A DNA stretch of 32,000 nt from an uncultured Actinomycetota bacterium (GTDB taxonomy: Bacteria; Actinomycetota; Actinomycetes; Mycobacteriales; Mycobacteriaceae). The notes under the pieces are model-generated. The model was given only the letters and a program-made list of their open reading frames with translations, ran no database searches and had not been told where the DNA came from. The DNA is taken from contig CAVYDT010000008.1 in NCBI GenBank assembly GCA_963767375.1, forward strand, positions 2,428,641-2,460,640, read 5' to 3'. Positions 16,854 through 24,628 of this stretch are shown one piece after another (within the stretch, counting starts at the first letter, position 1; each line of letters opens with the position of its first letter). The position numbers and the translations under genes were made by a program.

Positions 16854-16905
16854 TTCTGGTGCATATCGGCACCAAAAGGTATTGTGGTGTCAGACTGCAC
16901 CAGAA
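16854..16905. promoter_or_regulatory. Nested inverted repeats built on the TGGTGC half-site (probable TetR operator pair)
   Basis: TTCTGGTGCA (16854-63) and TGCACCAGAA (16896-905) are perfect 10-bp inverted arms. Inside the span are TGGTGCatatcgGCACCA (16857-74) and TGGTGtcagactgCACCA (16885-902). The site lies between the divergent TetR and MpaB-like genes. Confidence 0.5.
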
Positions 16906-16936
16906 ATATCGATTGGTCAAGGGGTTCTGAGGCACA

Positions 16937-17599
16937 ATGCACTCAATGGCAACCGCGACCCGCGGCTACGGTGGCGTGACCGCTGAGCAACGACGCGCCA
17001 TCCGTCGCGCAGCACTGATTGAAGCAGCGCTCGATCTGTTCGCCGAAGACGGTGCACGGGCAGTGTCGAAACGTGCGGTGTGCGCACGTGCACGGCTCAA
17101 CGACCGTTACTTTTACGAGCATTTCGCTCACTCGGACGCGTTGCTCGAAGCGATTGCGCGCGACCTCACCGCCGAGGGACTCGAGGCGGTGAACGCCGCC
17201 ACGCGTAGCGTCGCATCCGATATCCGCGTGCAAGTCCACGCCATTGCTGACGCGGCTCTCGCTTTCCTGACCGCCGACCCGCGCCGCGGCCAGCTACTTC
17301 TGCGCTCTCATACCTCCGAAGTGCTGCAGCGCGCCCGCCTGGACAGCACCCGCGCAATTTCGACTGCGATGTCCGCGATGCTCAGGCAGCCGCTCGGCGC
17401 TTCCGCAGCCAGCCAACTCGACACCGATATGGCATCGTTTGCGCTCGTCAGCGGTGCCATGGAAGTGATCGCTGGTTGGCTACGCAGCGACTTCGACACC
17501 ACCCGCGAGCACGTCGCCGCTATTGTCGCCCGGTTGCTCTTGGCCGCCGCCGATGTCTCTAGCGCACTGCCTGGCTCAACGGGCAACGCCGTTCAATAG
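16937..17599 (+). CDS. TetR/AcrR-family transcriptional regulator
   Basis: N-terminal HTH: AALDLFAEDGARAVSKRAVCARARLNDRYFYEHFAHSDALLEA. Divergent from the MpaB-like operon. Confidence 0.85.
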   Translation: MHSMATATRGYGGVTAEQRRAIRRAALIEAALDLFAEDGARAVSKRAVCARARLNDRYFYEHFAHSDALLEAIARDLTAEGLEAVNAATRSVASDIRVQVHAIADAALAFLTADPRRGQLLLRSHTSEVLQRARLDSTRAISTAMSAMLRQPLGASAASQLDTDMASFALVSGAMEVIAGWLRSDFDTTREHVAAIVARLLLAAADVSSALPGSTGNAVQ

Positions 17600-17676
17600 C
17601 GGCGATGGCCCGTGCGTGATCGCGCCAGGTCACCCACCATCGATGACGAAGGTTCCCAGGAGGCACCCTTGCGGCG

Positions 17677-18309
17677 CTAGCTCGTCTGCAGACCGTCGAG
17701 AAGTGCGTTCAGCGCCTGGACCCCTTCGTCACGTGCCATGACCTGATCCGGCGAGTTCGCGATAAACAAAGCCGTCTCATCTGCGGCGGCCAGCAAGACA
17801 TGGGCGAGTGCGTTGACGGGTTGGCCCGATGCGAGGTCGCCTTCCTGCACGGCGCGCTCAAGCATTAAGCGGATGGCTCCAAGTCCGTAGAGGCTTTCAA
17901 GTTCGCGCCATTTGACCCAGCCCAGCACGGCAGGTCCGTCGATGAGAAGTATCCGCTGGACATGGGGCGTGAGGGAAGCGTCGAGGAACCCGATTAGACC
18001 CTGCCGCAATTGATTCAATGCCCCGTCTGCTGGATCCGCCAGGTTCTTCGCGGCCTCCATGACTAAGTCCTGCTCGACGGCGATGAACACCGCTTCGAAC
18101 AGTGCCTGCTTGTCGGCGAAGTGGTGATACAGCGCGCCTCTTGTGCCGACTCCGGCCTCTGCGACGACTTCTTCGGTGCCGGTGTGGTGATAGCCCTTCT
18201 CGACAAACAGCCGCCGGGCGGCATCGACAAGTGCGGCACGAGTGGCCTCGGCTTGCGCGGCACGTCGCGCCTTCGGGTCGAGCCTTTCCTGACCCCGTGG
18301 CATGACCAC
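17677..18309 (-). CDS. TetR/AcrR-family transcriptional regulator
   Basis: HTH: AARRLFVEKGYHHTGTEEVVAEAGVGTRGALYHHFADKQALFEAV. The start may be the ATG at 18303 rather than the GTG at 18309. Confidence 0.9.
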   Translation of the reverse strand: MVMPRGQERLDPKARRAAQAEATRAALVDAARRLFVEKGYHHTGTEEVVAEAGVGTRGALYHHFADKQALFEAVFIAVEQDLVMEAAKNLADPADGALNQLRQGLIGFLDASLTPHVQRILLIDGPAVLGWVKWRELESLYGLGAIRLMLERAVQEGDLASGQPVNALAHVLLAAADETALFIANSPDQVMARDEGVQALNALLDGLQTS

Positions 18310-18318
18310 AGCCTATTG

Positions 18319-18373
18319 CATACAGACTGTATGTCACATACAGTTCGCATGTCACATACAGCCCGTATGTGAC
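18319..18373. promoter_or_regulatory. Operator array of CATACAG/CTGTATG half-sites
   Basis: CATACAGaCTGTATG is a perfect 7-1-7 palindrome (18319-33). ATGTCACATACAG repeats directly at 18331-43 and 18349-61 (18-bp period). GTCACATACagcccGTATGTGAC is a 9-bp-arm palindrome (18351-73). The array lies between the TetR at 17677-18309 and the LEH-like gene. Confidence 0.6.
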
Positions 18374-18413
18374 GGCGCCAACTTTCGCTGCTCGCTGTAC
18401 GTGGAGGTTCGTT

Positions 18414-18833
18414 ATGTCTAATCCTGTCGACGTTGTCCGGAAGTTCTGCGCGCTGATGGAGCAGCGCAACCCGGAGGCTCTGAGGCCTCTGCTCGCCGAC
18501 GACGCGGTGTACCAGAACGTAGGGATGCCTGCGTGTACCGGAGTAGAGGCCATTGTCGAAAACATGGGAGCGCAGTTCTCGATGTTCCCCGACGCTTACG
18601 CATTCGAGATCGTGAACATCGCCAGCGATGGCCCAGTCGTTCTCACCGAACGACTTGACTACATCCAGGCACCCGACGGAACCAAACCCGCTGTACCTGT
18701 CATGGGCACATTCGTCGTTGACGGCGACGGCAAGATCGTCCGCTGGACGGACTATTTCGACGTGTCGTTGACGGTCAAGCTGTTGCAAGGCGAAGACATC
18801 AGCGCACTGGTCCCTGCCGCATCTGCAGGCTAG
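18414..18833 (+). CDS. Limonene-1,2-epoxide-hydrolase-like (LEH/SnoaL NTF2-fold) protein
   Basis: ATG 18414 follows GGAGG. VVRKFCALMEQRNPEALRPLLADDAVYQNVGMP...VLTERLDY...GTFVVDGDGKIVRWTDYFD matches the LEH-family pattern. Confidence 0.7.
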   Translation: MSNPVDVVRKFCALMEQRNPEALRPLLADDAVYQNVGMPACTGVEAIVENMGAQFSMFPDAYAFEIVNIASDGPVVLTERLDYIQAPDGTKPAVPVMGTFVVDGDGKIVRWTDYFDVSLTVKLLQGEDISALVPAASAG

Positions 18834-18879
18834 ATAGGCGATTCGCCCGCGGACTCCCATCCGAACGGACATCACACGA

Positions 18880-19045
18880 ATGGACGAGAGTTGGTACATC
18901 AGGCCCAATCTCGGAATTACGGCGCTCGCCGTCGCCGCGCAACGTGCTGGCGGAAACGGCACAAGAGGAACCGTCGGTTCGCGACGAGTTCGCCGCTGTG
19001 CTGGTGGCGGCGGTAAACGGGCCGGGATGGCAGACGATGGCGCAG
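18880..19045 (+). pseudogene. N-terminal fragment (~55 codons, one frameshift) of a mycobacterial putative SAM-dependent O-methyltransferase (LCM-like family)
   Basis: Frame 1 reads DESWYIRPNLGITALAVAAQRA. After a +1 shift near 18940, frame 2 reads LAETAQEEPSVRDEFAAVLVAAVNGPGWQTMAQ. Together these match the family N-terminus (D.WD....VG.TA..VAAARA.E......L..DP.A..LV). The remaining ~250 codons of such genes are absent. Confidence 0.55.
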
Positions 19046-19096
19046 AGGCCGGACAGGGCCTTGAAAGTGACGGGTGACGGCTCACCCGGCGGCGGT

Positions 19097-19200
19097 GGCA
19101 TGCCCAGCGCCGCGATGACGCTCGACGTGTATGCCGACGTGTTCGAGTCCGACCTCGACACGGTCGCGGAGAATGTGGCCAAAATGTGGCCAGTGCAGCC
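19097..19200 (+). pseudogene. C-terminal remnant of a tyrosine recombinase (phage-type integrase)
   Basis: G-MPSAAMTLDVYADVFESDLDTVAENVAKMWP matches the very common actinobacterial integrase tail (LGHxSAAMTLDxYADLFDDDLDAVA). No catalytic domain lies upstream. It is read in the same frame as the methyltransferase fragment. Confidence 0.6.
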
Positions 19201-19755
19201 GAGTTCGGTCCTCCGTTCGAGGCCAAAATGGCCTCCTAACAGCGGATGTTCCGCCGGGGGCGGGTCAAGCCCCTGTCAGGATTGAGCTGTCCTGACGTCG
19301 CAGCTGAGGAGCCCGAAAAGCGCGTCTAGCAGCAGAAATTCATCACCATAGATCGCCGCAGATGACCGTAACTGTGGGCAAATCGTGGGCACAGAGTCGG
19401 TTATCAGATGCCGCGTCGACTGCCTGACGCACCCCGCGACCCCATGGCTCGATCAGCGACTTATGACAAAACCGGGCGTTCTCTAAAGGCTCAGTGCTGC
19501 GGGGTCGTCTCCCCGCCATAGTTCCGAGAGGCGAGGCTACGCACCGTCACCACCAAGGGTCAGGTATGCGCGCCGAGTGCGTCATGCGATAGCCGCGCGC
19601 ACAACCAGGGCAGAACCGTGGCCCCGATCGGGATCCAAGCACATCTCGAGTGATCGGCCCATACTGGAGGGGTGTCGACGTTTCATCGGCCCTAAGTCGC
19701 CCGCACTCGCCGAAAAGTACCGACAGGTCTTGCCGAGGCGGAAGTGGAGGACATA

Positions 19756-20643
19756 ATGATGATCTTTTACGCGCTGGCCGCAGCGTTCGGCCTTGGTGCG
19801 CTCTGGCTGGGCACAAGCGTTCGGGTCGTCAAGCAATTCGAACGAGGCGTCGTCTTTCGTTTCGGACGTGTGCAAACCGGTGTCCGCGGACCGGGGCTCA
19901 CGCTGCTGATTCCAGTCGCCGATCGCCTCGAGAAGGTGAATATGCAGATCATCACGATGCCGGTGCCCGCGCAGGATGGCATCACCCGCGATAACGTGAC
20001 CGTGCGTGTGGATGCAGTCATCTATTTTGATGTTGCGGATCCGGTGCGTGTGGTTGTCGGCGTACAGGACTATGTGTCCGCTATTGGCCAGGTCGCGCAG
20101 ACATCGCTGCGGTCGATCATCGGCAAAAGCGACCTGGACGACCTACTCTGCAACCGCGAGGGTCTCAATCAGGGCCTGGAGTTGATGATCGACAGCCCCG
20201 CGGTGGGCTGGGGTGTTCACATCGACCGTGTGGAAATCAAAGATGTAGTACTGCCGGATTCGATGAAGCGGTCGATCGCGCGCCAAGCCGAGGCGGAGCG
20301 TGAGCGGCGGGCTCGGGTGATCACTGCCGACGGTGAACTGCAGGCGTCTGAAAAATTGGCCCAAGCGGCCCAGACGATGACCGCGCACCCGGCTGCGCTT
20401 CAGTTGCGGCTGTTGCAAACCGTGGTTGAGGTCGCCGCCGAGAAGAACTCCACCCTGGTGCTTCCCTTCCCCGTCGAACTGCTCCGGTTCTTGGAACGAG
20501 CGACACCGGAAGCGTCCGGGAGCTCTGACGACGACGCCGCTACACGCTCCACCTCGGCCGCAGCTTCGAAGAGCGAGATGCCGAAGCTGGACCCGCCGCA
20601 GATCCCCGACGACGCCAGCGCTCTGCGAGTCGACACACGCTGA
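19756..20643 (+). CDS. SPFH/band-7 (stomatin-prohibitin-like) membrane protein
   Basis: N-terminal TM, then VVKQFERGVVFRFGRV...PGL..LIP..D.......Q....PAQD.ITRDNV.V.VDAV.Y, the canonical SPFH core. It continues with an EAERERRA coiled coil. ATG 19756 follows GGAGG. Confidence 0.9.
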   Translation: MMIFYALAAAFGLGALWLGTSVRVVKQFERGVVFRFGRVQTGVRGPGLTLLIPVADRLEKVNMQIITMPVPAQDGITRDNVTVRVDAVIYFDVADPVRVVVGVQDYVSAIGQVAQTSLRSIIGKSDLDDLLCNREGLNQGLELMIDSPAVGWGVHIDRVEIKDVVLPDSMKRSIARQAEAERERRARVITADGELQASEKLAQAAQTMTAHPAALQLRLLQTVVEVAAEKNSTLVLPFPVELLRFLERATPEASGSSDDDAATRSTSAAASKSEMPKLDPPQIPDDASALRVDTR

Positions 20644-20890
20644 ATCTGGTCGAATTACTGGCTGGCCCAACGAATCTCACGGAATCGCTGTCGGGCTATG
20701 TTGCGGCGTGGCCGGACCTGCTGATCTCCGACTATCCATCCAGTCGGTGTCGAGGGCATCTCGTTGCAGACCGCCTAGAGCTGCGAATGACTTTTGAGAG
20801 CCTCGTATCTCGTCTTTTTCGAGACCGCTTTCAGTTCTGTTCGGGCCTGGTCGATTGGTCGCATGCGTGGTCACCGTGGCGGCGGCGGAG

Positions 20891-21358
20891 CTACGCGGGC
20901 AGATCCACCCGCAGCGCCAGGTGCTCATCGAGTATCCGGCGCAGCGCGGCGTCCATCGGATGCGCGGATGCGAGGTCGCGGCCGAGCCGGCTGTCCACTA
21001 CGACTACCGTGCCCTCACGCAGTTCGGCGGTGTCGACCTGGTCGACGAACGGATCGAACAATGCGGGCGGCGTGGCCAGGTAATACAGCGCCCGGCGCGA
21101 CTCGTTCAACCCGGCGGCATACATCAGTCCGTGTTGGGTGATCACGAAGAGTTCCGAGGCGATCCTGGCGTTCGGGGTCTCGGCTTTGCCCCATGCCATT
21201 GCGGCGCACCGGGTCTGTGCCAATCTATCGGGGACGTCGTCAGTCAGCGTGAGTAATTTGTCGACGAGTGCTCCACCCATTCGCGGATATGCGTCGATGG
21301 CGGTTCTGAAGTAGCGCCGGAAGATCTCGCCGAAAAAGTCGTACGGTTGCTCGCTCAT
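20891..21358 (-). CDS. Hypothetical 155-aa protein resembling the central part of the glucose-6-phosphate dehydrogenase N-domain (probable decayed zwf fragment)
   Basis: LYYLATPPALFDPFV...VVVVDSRLGRDLASAHPMDAALRRILDEHLALRVDLPA* is colinear with the G6PD blocks fYLA.PP.lF ... EKPFGhDLaSA..LN ... RIDHYLGKE. The catalytic blocks are degenerate, and the Rossmann start and C-terminal domain are missing. Confidence 0.45.
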   Translation of the reverse strand: MSEQPYDFFGEIFRRYFRTAIDAYPRMGGALVDKLLTLTDDVPDRLAQTRCAAMAWGKAETPNARIASELFVITQHGLMYAAGLNESRRALYYLATPPALFDPFVDQVDTAELREGTVVVVDSRLGRDLASAHPMDAALRRILDEHLALRVDLPA

Positions 21359-21550
21359 CGCAGCTCCCCAGGTTTCAGACGGACACCTCAATTGTGCGCC
21401 CGTACGGTCAGCTGAGCACGTGTTTGGCCAGGACGGCGGGCTAGCAGCATCGCGACCACCATCGATGTCCTCATCAACCTGAAGACAGGCGCCTGGACCG
21501 TCCTCTGGGTCTGGCTATTTTTCGCTGGGGCCAGCGCACCCGCGCCACCG

Positions 21551-21650
21551 AGCACAATGCGCAAAAGCTCAAAATCGCCTGTTGCGTGGGCTATTGCGCA
21601 CAAGCGAGTCACGGCCGCTGCCAATCCCTAGCCTTCGAGCTCAACAGGTT
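21551..21650 (+). repeat. Locus-specific intergenic repeat module, copy A (shortest and most diverged)
   Basis: It shares the invariant CACAATGCGCAAAA block, ACAAGCGAG and TTCGAGCTCAAC with copies B-D. It lies upstream of the alpha/beta hydrolase gene. Confidence 0.65.
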
Positions 21651-21692
21651 GTCGGATTCGTTCCCGACATCGACACCGACAAGGAGTACACA

Positions 21693-22745
21693 ATGTTGAC
21701 TCGGCCATATCCGACTACGGCATCTCCCGCGTATCGTCCGACGACGCCTTTGCCCGCCTCGGGCGGTGGCAGTCTCGACAGTACGGCCGCGCATCTGCAG
21801 CGATTGGACGCGAAGCGCGATGGCTATGCCGAGCGAACGGTTATCACGAGTGACGGCGTGCGGCTGGCGGTCCGCGACTACGGCTCTGCCGGTGCTCGCG
21901 ACCACACGGTCGTCCTGCTGCACGGTCTTTGCCTGACACAGTCGAGCTGGGCACTCCAAGTTCGCCACTTGGTGAGTCGGTGGGGCAACAGCATACGAAT
22001 CATCACCTACGATCACCGCGGCCACGGCAATTCGGGCGGCGCGGAAATGCACACCTACCGGATCGACCGACTCGCTGCTGACCTCGCCGAGGTGCTGACC
22101 GTTCTGAACGTCACGGGCCCGGTCACTCTGGCGGGACACTCGATGGGCGGAATGACAGCGCTGGCATACCTCGGCCGTCCCGCCGACGATCGTCCGGTGG
22201 AACCGCACGGCCTGGTCCTGGTTGCCACCGCGGCTGGCCGTCTCGCGGAGCGAGGCCTCGGCCGGTTGCTGGCCACCCGCGCCACTGGGATGCTGTTCGA
22301 TCTCGTTGACCACATGCCCCGGCGCATGGACCAGGTGATCCAGGGTCTCGTGCGGCCGGTCTGCAAAGGTGTAATCAGATATGCCGGCGCCGCGCGGGGC
22401 GGCGCCGCCGCAGTCACAGCATCCGCCCTCCACACAAACTCTTTGACGACTGCGGCCGGCTTCCTTCCCAGCCTGAAGCGATACGACCAGTATCAGACGC
22501 TTGCCTCCATTACCGCAAAGACAATCGTCATCAGTGGCGGAGCGGACATGACGACCCCAGCCGACCACGCGCGCGACCTAGTCGCCGCCATCCCGGGTGC
22601 TACCCATCTGCACCGCCCCACCGCCGGGCACATGATTCTCCAGGAGGAATCACACCGCGTCAGCAGCGCAATCGACGGCGTGGTGGGCATGCACCGCCGA
22701 TCCGTGCGTAGGGCACCGTCGCAACGTATGTGCTGCGCCGTCTAA
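21693..22745 (+). CDS. Alpha/beta-fold hydrolase
   Basis: VVLLHGLC oxyanion region, GHSMGG nucleophile elbow and C-terminal AGHMILQEE His. ATG 21693 follows AAGGAG. Pro/Thr-rich N-terminus. Confidence 0.85.
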   Translation: MLTRPYPTTASPAYRPTTPLPASGGGSLDSTAAHLQRLDAKRDGYAERTVITSDGVRLAVRDYGSAGARDHTVVLLHGLCLTQSSWALQVRHLVSRWGNSIRIITYDHRGHGNSGGAEMHTYRIDRLAADLAEVLTVLNVTGPVTLAGHSMGGMTALAYLGRPADDRPVEPHGLVLVATAAGRLAERGLGRLLATRATGMLFDLVDHMPRRMDQVIQGLVRPVCKGVIRYAGAARGGAAAVTASALHTNSLTTAAGFLPSLKRYDQYQTLASITAKTIVISGGADMTTPADHARDLVAAIPGATHLHRPTAGHMILQEESHRVSSAIDGVVGMHRRSVRRAPSQRMCCAV

Positions 22746-22920
22746 ATGGCTGCGTGCGTATGAAAGCCGTTCGCGGCGCGCGATTCTGGGCGACCAGACG
22801 GCCGGAGACTCAGGCCAATTCGGACGGTCCGATTGATGTGCAACCCACGCTTTGATGCGGTCGTAGCGTCCGGTCGCTGACCGATCGAGGCAGCCGGTGC
22901 GCGCGTCGGTTCGGTCTGAC

Positions 22921-23070
22921 GTCGCGGGTGAACACAATGCGCAAAACTTCGAAATCGTCGCTTATTCCGACTATCGCCCACAAGAGCGACATCGCTGTAA
23001 GCCCGCCGTAAGTTCTAAATCAACGAATAACTGAACACACCGCACGATCGCAGCGGGAAAAGATTCACCC
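22921..23070 (+). repeat. Locus-specific intergenic repeat module, copy B
   Basis: GTCGCGGGTGAACACAATGCGCAAAACTTCGAAATCGTCGCTTATTCCGACTATCGCCCACAAGAGCGAC..., alignable with copies C and D over ~150 bp. Upstream of the condensation-domain gene. Confidence 0.8.
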
Positions 23071-23158
23071 GATCGCGACGAACCATTCGCGATTAGCCGT
23101 TCCGCCATTCTAACGCCGCGCAATAAACGTCGGCATCACACGGACAAGGATTAAGGAA

Positions 23159-24607
23159 ATGGTCGCACTGGGCAGCATCACCGGATGGCAGCCGGCAGAC
23201 GGTTTGGTTACGACTTGGATGGCCTCACCCGCGACACGCGAAGCGGCTCGGAATGCGCGGCGAAGCGATCTACCACCGAGCTACCAGAGGAGTCAGCACC
23301 TCCAGGCAGCCCACGAATACAAGGCGAGGGGCATGCAGCTACCACGCCTGATGGTCGTGGCGTGGGACATACCCGGCGTGTGTGACATTTCGGCAATGAC
23401 GGCAACGATCAACGCGCACGTGCGTCGTCACGATGCGTATCACGATTGGTTCCAAATCGAAAACGGCGCCTTTGTCCGTGGGACGATCGACAATCCCGAG
23501 GTCATCGAATTTGCCCCCACGAATTTCGGACATATGCACGCTGAACAAATACGCACGCACGCGTTATCGACGACGCCGGAGACACTTGAGTGGGACTGCT
23601 TCACATTTGGCATCGTCCAGCACACTGACTATTTCACGTTCTACGCCAGTGTCGACCATCTCCACATCGACGGTATGTCGGCCGGCCTGATCTTCGTCGA
23701 CATCCACTTGATGTACCAGGATCTGTCAAAGGCCGTGCATCGACCCAGCATGTTTCCGCAGGTCGCGAGCTACCGCAGCTACGCGGCACGGCAGCGCGAC
23801 AAGGTGACGAGCCTGACCCTGTCGTCGCCTGAGATCAGGGACTGGATCGAGTTCGCGCAGGACACCGACGGCGACTGGCCGAAATTCCCGCTACCGGTCG
23901 GTGATACGTGGACCAATAACAAAGGCGACTTCCTGACGGTCGACTTGTTGGACGATGTCGAGACGGAGTCTTTCGACACCGCATGCACCGAGGCCGGTGT
24001 TCGGTTCAGCGGGGGTGTTCTGGCGTGCGCAGCGCTGGCCGACCACGAGTTGACCGGCACCGAGACATACCACGGATTCACACCATCCGACACGCGGATG
24101 CCTGGCATCGACACGATGACTGTGGGTTGGTTCGCCAGCCTGATTCCGATCACGGTGCCGACGGGCATCTGCTCGTTTCCCGCGGCGGCCCGGGCTGCGC
24201 AGAAATCGTTCGATGACGCCAAACACCTTGCCAGCGTGCCGATTAAACGAGTCCTCGAGCTGGCGGCCCAGCACCGACTGAGGATCAATCCGCCATCGCC
24301 TCACGCAATGATGGTGTCCTTCATGGATTTACGTAAAATACCGCTCGCCGCATTATTCGGCGAGACCAATTTCGGTACCTACGGCGACAATTTGTCGCAC
24401 GGTGGGATCAACTTGTGGATCAACCGCCACGCTGACAAGACCACAGCGACGATCTCCTTTCCGGATAACCCCGTCGCGCGTGAGTCGGTGCATCGCTACA
24501 TCGCGGCGTTGACCCAGGCGTTCGCGCGCGTCAACACCACCTCGGACTGGGTGAGTGCGGTTGCAGACCATGCGAACTCGGGGCACGGCATACCTGTTCT
24601 CAGCTAG
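23159..24607 (+). CDS. Condensation-domain (HHxxxDG-type) acyltransferase, PapA/NRPS-C-like
   Basis: Active-site motif SVDHLHIDGMSAG. N-terminal PPSYQRSQHL resembles the C-domain C1 motif. 482 aa. AAGGATTAAGGA RBS. GC is visibly lower than in the neighbouring genes. Confidence 0.8.
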   Translation: MVALGSITGWQPADGLVTTWMASPATREAARNARRSDLPPSYQRSQHLQAAHEYKARGMQLPRLMVVAWDIPGVCDISAMTATINAHVRRHDAYHDWFQIENGAFVRGTIDNPEVIEFAPTNFGHMHAEQIRTHALSTTPETLEWDCFTFGIVQHTDYFTFYASVDHLHIDGMSAGLIFVDIHLMYQDLSKAVHRPSMFPQVASYRSYAARQRDKVTSLTLSSPEIRDWIEFAQDTDGDWPKFPLPVGDTWTNNKGDFLTVDLLDDVETESFDTACTEAGVRFSGGVLACAALADHELTGTETYHGFTPSDTRMPGIDTMTVGWFASLIPITVPTGICSFPAAARAAQKSFDDAKHLASVPIKRVLELAAQHRLRINPPSPHAMMVSFMDLRKIPLAALFGETNFGTYGDNLSHGGINLWINRHADKTTATISFPDNPVARESVHRYIAALTQAFARVNTTSDWVSAVADHANSGHGIPVLS

Positions 24608-24628
24608 CAACGAAGGGGCCTTAGGAAA

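Noticed and set aside
18063-19226. A 387-aa minus-strand ORF
   Set aside because: It overlaps the TetR gene in another frame, the operator region, the LEH-like gene and the pseudogene junction. Its composition is Arg/Pro/Ser-rich, and it has no RBS or recognisable domain.
19200-19755. Search for a tRNA gene or att site next to the integrase remnant
   Set aside because: I could not find a cloverleaf or a GGTTCGAATCC-type T-arm by eye, only two short hairpins. This needs tRNAscan-SE. The minus-strand ORFs here (19547-19816, 19582-19875) look spurious.
20644-20890. Search for the missing C-terminal part of the G6PD-like fragment downstream of its stop
   Set aside because: Minus-strand translations in all three frames show no G6PD C-domain blocks, so the remainder appears to be deleted rather than frameshifted.
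21609-22568. A 319-aa minus-strand ORF opposite the alpha/beta hydrolase
   Set aside because: This is an antisense artefact. The plus-strand frame carries the GHSMGG hydrolase motifs and a good RBS.
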